Shown piece by piece: positions 5,884 to 16,434 of a stretch of DNA of 26,263 nt. A program made the position numbers and the translations under genes. Positions within the stretch are counted from its first letter, which is position 1. Each line of letters begins with the position of its first letter. The stretch comes from a virus. The stretch is taken from the IMG/VR virus record IMGVR_UViG_3300018080_000090, positions 1-26,263 of that record; one strand, written 5' to 3'. The notes beneath the pieces are model-generated. The model was not told the DNA's origin, made no database searches, and was given only the letters and a program-made list of their open reading frames with translations.

Positions 5884-8274
5884 ATGGCAGTAAGATTGGT
5901 TGAAGGCGGACTACAATCTTACGATCCAGGTCAACTTGGAAAAACTACTATTAAGAAAGGCACAACAACTCCAACAAGGAAAACGTCAAGTGGTTCTTCT
6001 TCTCGGACACAACCAACTCCAACCCCTGCACAAACTACAACTGTAACTCAAGTACAAACAGCTGAACAGGCACAAGCAGCAGCAGAACTTGCAGCAATAG
6101 AAAGACAGCGTGATATTATAGTAAGGTCTGGTGGTGCTGTTGGTCAAACAATAAGAGGCTACGATTATAAAACAAACCAACCATTACAAATCGATACAGT
6201 AAGGAAAGGTTCCAAATCTGTAACCCAAGTAAGGAACATTGAAACAGGTGAAGTAACATTAAAAGAGTATGGTGTGGGAAGGGTTGGTGGTACTCCAGAT
6301 ATAAGGCGAGGTGTAGGATTTAAAGTTGAAAGAAAACCAACCCAAGAAGTAACAATAACAACTCAAGAAGAAATTGAACAACCGATAACTCCTTTTGTAG
6401 CAAGACCACCATTTACATTAAAAGGTTCGATTGCACAAAGTGGCTATATCGGCGGAACTCTTGATTTCTTCTCTGGCAAGATTGGAAATTTATACAAAGG
6501 AACAACATCTCAAGCATTACAATTCTATTCTAAAGAAACGCCAACAGCTTTAAAAGTTGGAACACCAGAATTTGTCAAACAAATACCCAAAGCTGTTGTA
6601 CAAAACATTGATTTAGGTACAGCTACAAGAACAGTTCCTTATTTTATTCCAGGAGTAGGTAGTGTATTACTTGCCGGGGAAGGTATCGAAACTGTTAAGA
6701 TGTCACCAACACTTGGAGGTAAGGCATTGGGAGTTGTTCAAATTGGTTTAGGTTCAATCTCTGGAGCACAAGCATTTAAGAAAGTAAAAGCTATACGTCA
6801 AACACAATTAATAAAAGATATAAAATTGCAACAAGTTCTAGGTGGAAGAGTAAAAGGTGATAAGGCAGGTGTGGATGTTTTAGTCGGTTATTCAAGAACA
6901 CAGCCAACAAGACTTGATAGAACAATATTTAATATAAAACCTGTTGAATCAATATCAATAATCAAACAACCATACATCGTCGATAGTAAAGGTGTTCTTT
7001 TAATTGATGGTAGAGGAACATCTATTACTCAAATTAATAATAAGATTTATGCAAAGTCTGTAAGAACAACTGGTTATGCAAACCAGCTAGAGGCTACTTC
7101 AAGGATTGGAAGGGGTAGAGTTGTTAAGGAAGTTCAGGCACAGGCAGGTATTGGGAGGATAAATGTTCAAGAACTTGCACAATTAGAGGCAACAATTAAA
7201 GGTGGAAGAATTACAGGCTTTACAATACCTTCCACTGGTAAAATAAGTACACCATTTATTGGTATCAGTAAAGAACAAGGAAATATTATTGGCGTTTTAT
7301 CTGGCACCCCAACTAAGGCTAGAATTGGTAATGGTGTTACTAGAATTACTGGCGATGTGAGAAATGTTGGAGCAATAAAGGTATTCGATATGTCTAGCTT
7401 ATCTGAAAGTTTAAGAGGTGGTGTTACTACTGTTGTAAAGACTGGTGGTAAACCTAGTACACCATTCCAGGAAGCATTGGTAAAGCAGGTGACACAAACA
7501 ACATTACCAAAAGTTACAACGCCTGCAACTAGCTTAACTCAAACATTATCACCCGCTCCTGCAGCAGTTACTCAATCATTTAAACAACAACAATCAACTT
7601 ATTATGGGACAGGACAATATGAAAGAACACAAGGTAGTGGAACTTTAACTGTTCAGAAAACAAAACAGGAAACAAGTTTACTCCCTTCCACATCATTTAA
7701 TATTAAGAATTTACAGGTTCAATCTTTCCAACCAGCATTAGATACAAGAAGCAGAAATATAACAAGGCAAACAACTTCAACAGATTTAATAAGTGAAACA
7801 AGGTTGAGGCAATCCCCAGCAATATCCCAAACACCTACACAAAGTTCAGCATTAAAAACTCCACAATTACTAAAAACTTTTTTCCCTTCAACAGCATTTG
7901 TACCATCAACAAGGCCATCAATACAAGTAGCACCAAAACCTGTAGGAGGTTTCGCTTTCAAGTTTCCTAAATCTAAACAACCTAAAGCACCAAGAGTTGG
8001 AAGGTTTGGTGTACAGGTTCGAAGGTTTGGTAAGTTTAAAACTATAGGTTATGCACCAACATTAAAAGAAGCGTTCTCTATAGGTAAACAAAGAGTAACA
8101 CAAACACTTGGAGCAACGTTTAGAATACCAGGTGCAAGTGCTAGAGAGATTAAAGGGTTTAGAACCAAGAAAGAGAAAGGGCAAGTTCTTTACATCGAAC
8201 CAAGAGGAAGAAGATTGAAACGTGGTACAAAAGAAATTCCTGAAATAAATTTTTATCGAGGAATTAAGCGATGA
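5884..8274 (+). CDS. Large T/Q/G-rich soluble protein with a strongly basic C-terminal domain (796 aa); putative virion component
   Basis: ORF track. No TM segment. Low-complexity TSSGSSSRTQPTPTPAQTTT and TQ/PS-rich linkers. The C-terminal ~110 aa are rich in K/R (RVGRFGVQVRRFGKFKTIGY...RGRRLKRGTKE). Confidence 0.85.
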   Translation: MAVRLVEGGLQSYDPGQLGKTTIKKGTTTPTRKTSSGSSSRTQPTPTPAQTTTVTQVQTAEQAQAAAELAAIERQRDIIVRSGGAVGQTIRGYDYKTNQPLQIDTVRKGSKSVTQVRNIETGEVTLKEYGVGRVGGTPDIRRGVGFKVERKPTQEVTITTQEEIEQPITPFVARPPFTLKGSIAQSGYIGGTLDFFSGKIGNLYKGTTSQALQFYSKETPTALKVGTPEFVKQIPKAVVQNIDLGTATRTVPYFIPGVGSVLLAGEGIETVKMSPTLGGKALGVVQIGLGSISGAQAFKKVKAIRQTQLIKDIKLQQVLGGRVKGDKAGVDVLVGYSRTQPTRLDRTIFNIKPVESISIIKQPYIVDSKGVLLIDGRGTSITQINNKIYAKSVRTTGYANQLEATSRIGRGRVVKEVQAQAGIGRINVQELAQLEATIKGGRITGFTIPSTGKISTPFIGISKEQGNIIGVLSGTPTKARIGNGVTRITGDVRNVGAIKVFDMSSLSESLRGGVTTVVKTGGKPSTPFQEALVKQVTQTTLPKVTTPATSLTQTLSPAPAAVTQSFKQQQSTYYGTGQYERTQGSGTLTVQKTKQETSLLPSTSFNIKNLQVQSFQPALDTRSRNITRQTTSTDLISETRLRQSPAISQTPTQSSALKTPQLLKTFFPSTAFVPSTRPSIQVAPKPVGGFAFKFPKSKQPKAPRVGRFGVQVRRFGKFKTIGYAPTLKEAFSIGKQRVTQTLGATFRIPGASAREIKGFRTKKEKGQVLYIEPRGRRLKRGTKEIPEINFYRGIKR

Positions 8275-9080
8275 GTTCAGAACCATTTTATCCACCTTAC
8301 AATCAGATGAACGACCAAGCTATGATCAATAATCAACTTAACCAAGGTAACGCTGCTGCAGCACAAACAGCACAAATGCAATACCAGATGGAAGAGGTAG
8401 AAAAAAACCTTGCATCAGAACAACTTGATTGTGATAAACTAATAAACGAATTGTATCATAACCTTAAACAAGATATACTTAAACCTAACCTTGAAAAAGG
8501 AGGGATACTTGATTGGACACAACTCGCTGACCAAACAAAAAGGATACTGACTGACGAAGGTGTTGATAAGATAATGCAGATTATGAAGAATTATATTAAC
8601 AAAGAAACGTTATTATCTAACTTTGATGAAAATCAAATTAAAAGAAGAATGAAAGAATTTAGACTTGCTTTCTCTGGATTAGTTTTTATGAAGTATGAAA
8701 ATATATTTAGAACACCAACGATGAATGAATGCAGGGATATATTAAATGAAAGGATAAACCAACGAATAGAGAAAGAGAAAATGAGGGCAGAGTTATTTCA
8801 TAGAGATTTGGATATTAAAAGTATAGTTGATAAAGTTTTAAATGAGGCAGAGAAACAGTTTGATTATGAGCTTGATAAGATTAAGAGTGTTAAGACTTCT
8901 GAGAATTTAAGAGAATTTGTGATGATGTTCACACACCTAAGCCACTTAGTAGAATCAATACACAACCGAGCATGGAAGGGTGAAGAAAGAGGTAGCCTGA
9001 GAAGACACTTTAATATTAATGAGGTCATAGGTGGCCAATCTAGAGAACAGCCACGCAAGAAAAGGTGGGGGATATTTTAA
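8271..9080 (+). CDS. Hypothetical helical soluble protein (269 aa)
   Basis: ORF track. ATGA overlap with the upstream gene. No motif recognisable by eye. Confidence 0.8.
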   Translation: MSSEPFYPPYNQMNDQAMINNQLNQGNAAAAQTAQMQYQMEEVEKNLASEQLDCDKLINELYHNLKQDILKPNLEKGGILDWTQLADQTKRILTDEGVDKIMQIMKNYINKETLLSNFDENQIKRRMKEFRLAFSGLVFMKYENIFRTPTMNECRDILNERINQRIEKEKMRAELFHRDLDIKSIVDKVLNEAEKQFDYELDKIKSVKTSENLREFVMMFTHLSHLVESIHNRAWKGEERGSLRRHFNINEVIGGQSREQPRKKRWGIF

Positions 9081-9893
9081 ATGAAAAGATTATTATTAAT
9101 TCTGGTTTTGGTATTAGTAATAACATTATCAACTGCACAACCACCACTAACAACAGTACTAGTATTTCCTGAAGGGTACAATTTTGCAGAGATTAATTAC
9201 CAGGAAATTAAGGTTGGAGAAAATTTCACATATTTCTTTTATCTATTCAATTCAAGCACAGGATTAAAAATAGATAATGAAACAGTTAATTGTACATTCT
9301 ATATGACAGATAGTAAAGGTAATATTTTAATTAATGCTGCAGAAGTTTATCAACCCAATGGGTACTGGTACACAAACATTAGTGGAGATTTAATTGATGA
9401 GATTGGGTACTATTATTATGGAGTAGATTGTTCAAACGGATATGGAGGAGCATTGTCTGGGGTGTTTGAAGTTACATATACTGGTAGAGGAATTACCGAA
9501 GCACAATCAATATTATATTCAGTATTACTTGCAATAATGGTTTTATCATTCTTCTTAATATTTATTGGTATGAGTTACTTGCCACAATCGAACCACACAG
9601 ACGAACAAGGAAGACTGCTTCAAATAAGTTACCTTAAATATTTTAGAGTACCATTATGGATTTTTGCTTATTTCTTATTTGCAGGAATTTTGTTCATCTC
9701 GAGCAATATTGCTTTCGCATACTTAAACGAAGTGATGTTCGGTAAAACACTCTTTATGTTATTCACATTACTTATGGTGGTTTCACCGATAGTAATAATA
9801 CTATTAGTAATTAGTTTCTTTATCCAGTTCTTCCACGATAAAGAATTTCAAAGGTTACTTAACAGAGGCATAATGCCTGGAGGAGAATTATGA
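9081..9893 (+). CDS. Secreted glyco-type ectodomain protein with a multi-TM C-terminal half (270 aa)
   Basis: Signal-like N-terminus (LLLILVLVLVITLSTAQ). Several N-x-S/T sequons (NFT, NSS, NET, NCT, NIS). Four or more hydrophobic helices after residue ~145. GGTGGGGG SD upstream. Confidence 0.8.
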   Translation: MKRLLLILVLVLVITLSTAQPPLTTVLVFPEGYNFAEINYQEIKVGENFTYFFYLFNSSTGLKIDNETVNCTFYMTDSKGNILINAAEVYQPNGYWYTNISGDLIDEIGYYYYGVDCSNGYGGALSGVFEVTYTGRGITEAQSILYSVLLAIMVLSFFLIFIGMSYLPQSNHTDEQGRLLQISYLKYFRVPLWIFAYFLFAGILFISSNIAFAYLNEVMFGKTLFMLFTLLMVVSPIVIILLVISFFIQFFHDKEFQRLLNRGIMPGGEL

Positions 9894-10123
9894 TGGCAAA
9901 GATGAATAAGAATAAACTAAATATTAGTAAGCCGATAAGGTTACCATTACCAGTTGTGGCAGAGATTGATGCAGCACTTAACCAAAGGTTGAACAATAAA
10001 CTTATATCAAGGCGTGAAGCAAATTATGCAAGAGCTATGGAGTTAATAGGTAGAACGCCAGAGTGGAAACTTGCACTAGATAAACTGGCTAAACTTCCAA
10101 AGAAGGAGGACTTAAAATGGTGA
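9890..10123 (+). CDS. Hypothetical small protein (77 aa), possibly RHH-like
   Basis: ORF track with ATGA overlap. KPIRLPLPVVAEIDAALNQR resembles a strand-helix start. This is a weak call. Confidence 0.55.
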   Translation: MMAKMNKNKLNISKPIRLPLPVVAEIDAALNQRLNNKLISRREANYARAMELIGRTPEWKLALDKLAKLPKKEDLKW

Positions 10124-10371
10124 TTTGTAGAGGCTGCCAGAAAGAGATTAAAACAAAGGTAGAAAAGTATACGCATGTAGAAGATTATAATTGTGAGAGA
10201 AAAGAGAACGAAAGTTGGTGGCACTTAGCTTGTTTCGGTAAAGCAATGAATCGTGAACTTACTCAGTTAGAAAGAACGGCAGCAGTGATGCTAGGTAAAG
10301 CTGCAGTAATGTATAATAAATTGCCTGAAGAGTTCAGGCCTGAATCGGAGGAAGTGTTCACAGTAAAATGA
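10117..10371 (+). CDS. Cys/His-containing small protein (84 aa), possible zinc binder
   Basis: ORF track. CRGC...C...HLAC pattern. SD AAGGAGG at ~10103. Confidence 0.6.
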   Translation: MVICRGCQKEIKTKVEKYTHVEDYNCERKENESWWHLACFGKAMNRELTQLERTAAVMLGKAAVMYNKLPEEFRPESEEVFTVK

Positions 10372-10940
10372 GGAAATTGATTATTAAGAATAAACGAGGA
10401 GGAGTAGGTATGATCATCTTTGCGTTAGTACTACTAAGTGTATTAGTTCTGGGTTTTATCACAGTAATAGGATGGGCAGTATTAGATATTGCTAGTGACG
10501 AGATTACCCCTATAATGGAAGGCCTTGGTATGGTTGGAGATGTTAATCTCTCAGAAGCTTCACAATATTCATTCGGGGTTGCTGACACTTTTGTTCAGGC
10601 AATGCCCTGGTTAATAGCCTTTGGGTATGTGATGGCTTTGGTGTTTACTTTAGTGTTTGTGTTTGTTGTAGGGTATAACCCTCACCCAGCATTCATTGCA
10701 CTTTATGTGGCATTAATAATCTTAATAATATTTGGGTGTATTGTTATAAGTAATATGTATCAGGATATAATAGCAGGTGATGATGATGTTGCAGACAGAT
10801 TGGCTGAACAAACAATAATGACATTTTTAATAATACATTCGCCATTGATAATCGGATTTGTTGCGATTATGGGTGGGATACTAATGTTCACAATGAGGGC
10901 TGTTTCAGAAGGAGCACCTGTCGGAGGTTTCGGGATATGA
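10368..10940 (+). CDS. Polytopic membrane protein (190 aa) with an NKRG-hydrophobic N-terminus
   Basis: ORF track. 4-5 hydrophobic helices. The N-terminal KNKRGGVGMIIFALVLL resembles an archaeal class III (prepilin-like) signal. Confidence 0.75.
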   Translation: MRKLIIKNKRGGVGMIIFALVLLSVLVLGFITVIGWAVLDIASDEITPIMEGLGMVGDVNLSEASQYSFGVADTFVQAMPWLIAFGYVMALVFTLVFVFVVGYNPHPAFIALYVALIILIIFGCIVISNMYQDIIAGDDDVADRLAEQTIMTFLIIHSPLIIGFVAIMGGILMFTMRAVSEGAPVGGFGI

Positions 10941-13900
10941 AATCTAAATATATAATCTTTAGTTTGATATTGTTACTCTTAATCACAGTAGCAATTCCTG
11001 TAGCTAGTGCAGGAATAAGTAAAGAATTTACAAAAGATACACAGAAACAATTAATGTTAGAAGATGTTAAAACTAATTATGGTTATATAAACATTAAAGA
11101 AAAGGCATGGTACGATTTGTTTGGGTGGTGGGAGAAAGATGTTGCTAAACAAGAATTAACATCACATACCCCTGAATGTTTGATTAATTGTTATTCAGAA
11201 GGTAAGACTGAATTGTTTGTTAAAGGAAGATTGTTTGATAAGTTTGATTTTTATAACCGAAATTCTAAGGATGTTAATGTCGATTATAAAATTTATATCA
11301 AAGAAAAAGAATATTATGATGTAGAAGTTCCTGACACTTATAAAGAAGTTTGTGAAGAAGATACAAACATTACTAAAGATTTAAAAGAACTAGAAAAAGA
11401 ACCTTTCTGTTATCAAGATGTCGCAACTTACAAGACTGAAAAAAGAGAAAAAAATGTTTGGGTTGAGTATGATTATAGTATTTTAGATGAAGGAGTTTAC
11501 GAGTGGCGAATTGAAGGGACTAAAGGTAAAAACACTAATGTTGATTGGATTGGTACTTCTTTTGGAGTTAAGCTGGAAGAGTGGGCGTGGTGGAATAGTT
11601 CTTGGCAATACAAAAAAAAGATTAATCTTTCAACAGCGTCAGGTTCAACAGGAACTGATTATCAGATAACATTAAACGTTAGTTACGAATCTGCAATGGA
11701 GTCAGATTTTGATGATTTAAGATTCTTAAATTCTGATGAAGATACAGAACTGGATTACTGGATTGAAACTAAAGAAGATGATGAGTGGGCTTTAGTATGG
11801 GTAGAAATTGATTCTGATATTACAACAAGCACAAGTTCAATCTATATGTATTATGGGAATAGTGGTGCATCCTCTACTGCAAATGTTTCTGAAACTTTCA
11901 TCTTTGGTGATGATTTCTCTACAAATACTAGTAGTAGCTGGGATGGTAATTATGTATCTGGTGGGACTGACCCATTATTATGGAATAGTGAAGATGGTAC
12001 TATGTATATAGAACAGAGTTATGGTGGAGGGCATAGAATATTTATGCCAACATCTGCGAATATTTCTATAGAAGGAAATCGTAGAGTCATAACAAGAACA
12101 ATGACAAATTCTAATAGTGTTCAGGGCAGACCCGGAATTTCAGCATTCAATGTTACTGCAGGAAATATAAACAACCTAAACCCAATATTAAGGGGAGATA
12201 GTGGACAAAACACGTTTCAGGTAGAAATAATCAATAATGGAGCTGGGTCAAATGTAGATACTGGCGACCATATTGAACCTAATGTTTTCTATCCGATGCA
12301 ATTTGTACAGAATGACCAAGTGTATAGTATATATTATGGTGCGAACTATTCAGACAATAGTTCATATTCTAATAGTTTAGCGTATTTTACTAATCGAACA
12401 TTCCCAACAGCAAATAGATTAACTGTACCTTACGCAGGGCTTTATGTTAGAAAATTAGCAAGTGTTGTTGCATGGGATTATTTCCTTGTAGCAAGTTATT
12501 CAGGTAATGAACCAACAATTACTGTTGGTGCTGAAACAGCAAACAAGGCAACACCAACATTAAATTATACATTAGATAAATCTTCACCACAAACATACGG
12601 AACTACAATTAACTTTGACTGTTCTACTGACAGCAACGGAACTTTAGCATTTTACATTAACGATACAGATTTTACTGCTTCGCTTGGGAATGATATTACT
12701 TTGGGTGGAGGTTACTGGGAACTTAAATGTAACGTGACAGAAAACGATTACTGGCAAGGAAAAACAAACACTACATATTTTCAAATTGATAATGCAACTG
12801 CGGTCGGAAGTTGCACAGGAACATCTCCAATAGCACAAGGAACTTCAGCGAATGTTGAATGTACTGAATCAAATAGTGGTGACGGTGATTTGACTTATAA
12901 CTTATACCGTAATGGAACTTTGGTCGATAATCCTGATTTAAATAATTCTTTGGCGATTGATACTTATTATTATGTGTATAACACAACTGGAGGTGCAAAC
13001 TATTCAGCAACAAACCCAATAGATACCTTTACTCTTGAAGTGATTGAAGCACCGGGAATTTCAACTGTACTTAAAACACCAAATACTACTTACAATAGTT
13101 CAACTCCATACATAAATTTTACAGCGAATGTTACGGCAGTTGGTGGTGCGAGAGTAGATAATGCAACACTTACGATCTGGAACTCTAGCGATAATAGTGT
13201 TTATGATACAAAATTTACAGCCTTGGAAACTTATAGTAACACTTTTGAATGGAACGTTACAGGGTTAGATGATGGTAATTATCTTTGGAACGTGGAAGGT
13301 TGTGCAAACGATTCTACTGCTGGTTGTGCATCAGCAGTAAGCAATAGAACTTTTACAATTGATACAGTTAAGCCGATAATATCTATTTTTTATCCAGAAA
13401 ATGATGCAGTTTATAATAGTATAAATAATCTTAGTTACAATTATGCCGACGCTACTCTTGGTTGGTGCTGGTACAGTAAAGACGCTGGAACAACAAATTA
13501 TACAGCGGTTAGTAGTGGCACTAATTTTACAGGAGTAACTTCTACAGGATTAAACAATCAATGGTTCTTGTATTGTAATGATAGTGCAGGAAACTTGGCA
13601 GTTGATGACGTGAATTTTACTGTTAATAAGATTGCGGTTACTTTGGATACACCTTCTGATACGTCGATAGTTTATACTTCAACAGTAGGTTTTAATGTGT
13701 CAAGTTCAATGAATGACTTAACAGCAAACATTACTAACATGACTGCTTACTCAAACGAGAGTGGGACATGGAAAACATTATATCAAATAAACTCTACCTC
13801 ACAGTTCGATGGTTCTACACTTCCAACTGCTGCATTAGATGATACTAATTATACAATCGAACTTCTAAATCATAGTAGTAAAGTAAAGAATGTTACATTA

Positions 13901-16000
13901 TATTTATGGCAGTCTGGAGCATCATCACCAGTTAGAGCATGGGTAGAATTCCATTACACAAACGGTACAGATTTTAATACATCGTATCAAGAGACATCTT
14001 CAACAACAGGAGAACTATTAACATTCACACCACAATACTTAAACGAGAAAATGGACTCAATTGAAGTATGGTATAATGCGAGTGGTGGAACTAATAGAGC
14101 GAATGTTAGAAATATCACAATCAATAAACGACCACAAGATTATGAGTTCTATTTTAATAGTGTTTTTAGTTCGGGCGAAACAATCTTATGGAACGCTTAT
14201 GTTTGTGATGATACTGGCTTCTGTCAGTTCTCGAATACAAACAGTACATTCACTATGGATAGTGTTGCACCAGTAATAGAAGTTACATCACCTTTAACTG
14301 AAACATACTTGTATGAAGGGAAAACGCTTAACCTTAATTGGACTGTGACTGATACCAATACGGATAGTTGTTGGTACAATTATAATGGTACTAATAATAC
14401 TGTAACTTGTGGAGATTCGACGACCACATTTAGTTATGCAACAGGAGAGAATGACTTAATATTTTATGCGAATGATACTGTAGGTAATCTAGGAAGTGAG
14501 GCAATAACAATATCATATTATTCACAATTATTATCTGAGGCCTATGAAACACCAGTAACTTCAGGAGTAATAGCAGGTTTTGATTTGGATATATTAACTA
14601 ACGGAACTCAGATAACACTTGCGTATCTTTATTATAATGGTACAAGGTATCTGGGAACAATTAGTTCAACTGGTAATACTTACAATATAACCAGAAACCA
14701 ATTCATACCAGCAGTGACAACGACCACTAATATCAGTTTCTACTGGAACGTTACACTTAGTGGTGGTACAACATTTACTACAGCTGAACATAATCAAACA
14801 GTAAACCCATTAGGAATTTCAACAGTGTGTACTGGTAACAGAACAATATTCAACTTTACAATGTATGACGAGGTTGAGAGAACATACATAAACGAAACAG
14901 AATATAGTACATTAATCAAAATGGATATGAGTATTTATTCAAGCGATAGGAATAATATTATATCTAATTATAGTACAAACTTTACAGAAACTAACCCAGC
15001 ACAGATATGTATAAATAGTAACCTTACAGATAATGAAATATATTCAATAGATTTACAGGTAGAATATTCAGCAACAAATTATTCTACAGAGTTTTATAAC
15101 TTGTACAATTACACGCTAACTAATGAAAGTCTTGACAATAATATTAGTTTGTATGATTTGGATAGTGATAATACTCAAGAGTTTAAACTGAATGGTAGGG
15201 ATAGTTCATACTTGCCACTTTCAGACGCATTGATACATATTGAAAGAAAGTATATAGATACAGGAGAGTTTAAGGTCGTTGAGATTCCAATGACTGATGA
15301 CTTAGGTGTGGCTGTTGCATCATTACAATTGAATGATGTGATTTATAATTTTAAAGTTTACAAGTATGGTGTATTACTTAGGCAAGTTAATAATGTGAAA
15401 GCTATTTGCCAAACGCCTCTAGTTTCAACGTGCCAGATAGATTTTAATGCTTTCCAGACTGGAATAGAAATGCCAGACTTTACAGAAGGTGATGATTTTA
15501 ATTTTGATATTGGGTACAATAAAAGTAGTAGAATATTAACGGCACAATATTCTATACCGTCAGGAGAACCGTCAACTGTGGAATTAGTTGTAACAAGTTC
15601 AAGCACTGTAAGGGAAGAGATTTGTACAGATACAATATTTTCCTCAAGCGGCTATTTATATTGTACAATCGGTGACAGTTTTGATAATCAAACAGTTACA
15701 GCAAAACTTTCTAAAGATGGTACACTGCAAGGGACAGGGCAAATTAACCTGGGTAAAGATTCTTCAGAAATTTATACAGTAATAATAGTATTCTTATCAT
15801 TACTTGTTTTTATGACACTAATAGGTATAGGCATCTCAGACAGTCCAGTGATAACGATGGTGTTCTTAGTTGTGGGGATAATCTTTATGTCGATGATAAG
15901 CCTGATTAATAGTAATGGATTCTTTGGTGCAGGTGCTACAATATTGTTTATTGGTATAGCAGTAGTAATATTCTTAATTAAAGCGGCGAGGCGTTCATAA
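10937..16000 (+). CDS. Giant surface/adhesin-like glycoprotein (1687 aa): signal peptide, DUF2341-like segment, lectin/LamG-like segment, Ig-like repeats, C-terminal triple-TM anchor
   Basis: N-terminal signal IIFSLILLLLITVAIPVASA. WAWWNSSWQYKKKINL...DDLRFLNSDEDTELDYWIE...ALVWVEI...IYMYYGN matches my memory of the DUF2341 signature (nt ~11580-11880). About 70 N-x-S/T sequons by hand count. Two similar modules: TFTIDTVKPIISI...CNDSAGN and TFTMDSVAPVIEV...ANDTVGN. Three hydrophobic helices at the C-terminus. Confidence 0.95.
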   Translation: MKSKYIIFSLILLLLITVAIPVASAGISKEFTKDTQKQLMLEDVKTNYGYINIKEKAWYDLFGWWEKDVAKQELTSHTPECLINCYSEGKTELFVKGRLFDKFDFYNRNSKDVNVDYKIYIKEKEYYDVEVPDTYKEVCEEDTNITKDLKELEKEPFCYQDVATYKTEKREKNVWVEYDYSILDEGVYEWRIEGTKGKNTNVDWIGTSFGVKLEEWAWWNSSWQYKKKINLSTASGSTGTDYQITLNVSYESAMESDFDDLRFLNSDEDTELDYWIETKEDDEWALVWVEIDSDITTSTSSIYMYYGNSGASSTANVSETFIFGDDFSTNTSSSWDGNYVSGGTDPLLWNSEDGTMYIEQSYGGGHRIFMPTSANISIEGNRRVITRTMTNSNSVQGRPGISAFNVTAGNINNLNPILRGDSGQNTFQVEIINNGAGSNVDTGDHIEPNVFYPMQFVQNDQVYSIYYGANYSDNSSYSNSLAYFTNRTFPTANRLTVPYAGLYVRKLASVVAWDYFLVASYSGNEPTITVGAETANKATPTLNYTLDKSSPQTYGTTINFDCSTDSNGTLAFYINDTDFTASLGNDITLGGGYWELKCNVTENDYWQGKTNTTYFQIDNATAVGSCTGTSPIAQGTSANVECTESNSGDGDLTYNLYRNGTLVDNPDLNNSLAIDTYYYVYNTTGGANYSATNPIDTFTLEVIEAPGISTVLKTPNTTYNSSTPYINFTANVTAVGGARVDNATLTIWNSSDNSVYDTKFTALETYSNTFEWNVTGLDDGNYLWNVEGCANDSTAGCASAVSNRTFTIDTVKPIISIFYPENDAVYNSINNLSYNYADATLGWCWYSKDAGTTNYTAVSSGTNFTGVTSTGLNNQWFLYCNDSAGNLAVDDVNFTVNKIAVTLDTPSDTSIVYTSTVGFNVSSSMNDLTANITNMTAYSNESGTWKTLYQINSTSQFDGSTLPTAALDDTNYTIELLNHSSKVKNVTLYLWQSGASSPVRAWVEFHYTNGTDFNTSYQETSSTTGELLTFTPQYLNEKMDSIEVWYNASGGTNRANVRNITINKRPQDYEFYFNSVFSSGETILWNAYVCDDTGFCQFSNTNSTFTMDSVAPVIEVTSPLTETYLYEGKTLNLNWTVTDTNTDSCWYNYNGTNNTVTCGDSTTTFSYATGENDLIFYANDTVGNLGSEAITISYYSQLLSEAYETPVTSGVIAGFDLDILTNGTQITLAYLYYNGTRYLGTISSTGNTYNITRNQFIPAVTTTTNISFYWNVTLSGGTTFTTAEHNQTVNPLGISTVCTGNRTIFNFTMYDEVERTYINETEYSTLIKMDMSIYSSDRNNIISNYSTNFTETNPAQICINSNLTDNEIYSIDLQVEYSATNYSTEFYNLYNYTLTNESLDNNISLYDLDSDNTQEFKLNGRDSSYLPLSDALIHIERKYIDTGEFKVVEIPMTDDLGVAVASLQLNDVIYNFKVYKYGVLLRQVNNVKAICQTPLVSTCQIDFNAFQTGIEMPDFTEGDDFNFDIGYNKSSRILTAQYSIPSGEPSTVELVVTSSSTVREEICTDTIFSSSGYLYCTIGDSFDNQTVTAKLSKDGTLQGTGQINLGKDSSEIYTVIIVFLSLLVFMTLIGIGISDSPVITMVFLVVGIIFMSMISLINSNGFFGAGATILFIGIAVVIFLIKAARRS

Positions 16001-16434
16001 TGGCTAACAGTACATTAACACTTACAATATCGTTGATGATGATTGCACTATTCAGTGTAGCAATACTAGGTTACGCTTTCAATTTCGCTGTAGAAAATGA
16101 TGCAGCAATCAGTGTGGCAGACGATCCAGCATACTCTTCACTTAATATATCTACAAGGGCAAACACTAGTACCTTCAACTCCGAATCAGAATCAACTTAC
16201 CAGTCAATCACTGAATCGGAAGTGAAAGAAGGTAGCGATGTTTTAACTTCGGCCAGCTCATTCACAGTAACAACTGGGAACGTTTTTAGTATTACTAAGA
16301 ATATATTTACTGTTGGGTACGAGAAAATATTTGGAGATGGTGACACATTTGGAATATTCTTAACAGCATTCTTTGGTGTGATTGGATTAATGTTTGCATT
16401 GTATGTGATTAAAACTTGGAGAGGGCAACCATAA
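16000..16434 (+). CDS. Membrane protein with N- and C-terminal TM helices (144 aa)
   Basis: ORF track. Its ATG overlaps the giant gene's stop (TAATG). S/T-rich middle region. Confidence 0.7.
   Translation: MANSTLTLTISLMMIALFSVAILGYAFNFAVENDAAISVADDPAYSSLNISTRANTSTFNSESESTYQSITESEVKEGSDVLTSASSFTVTTGNVFSITKNIFTVGYEKIFGDGDTFGIFLTAFFGVIGLMFALYVIKTWRGQP

Noticed and set aside
11487-15606. Several short ORFs in other frames or on the other strand within the 1687-aa gene (11487, 11808, 12644, 12771, 14061, 15358)
   Set aside because: All are embedded in one long uninterrupted ORF with domain-like content. They have no independent signals.
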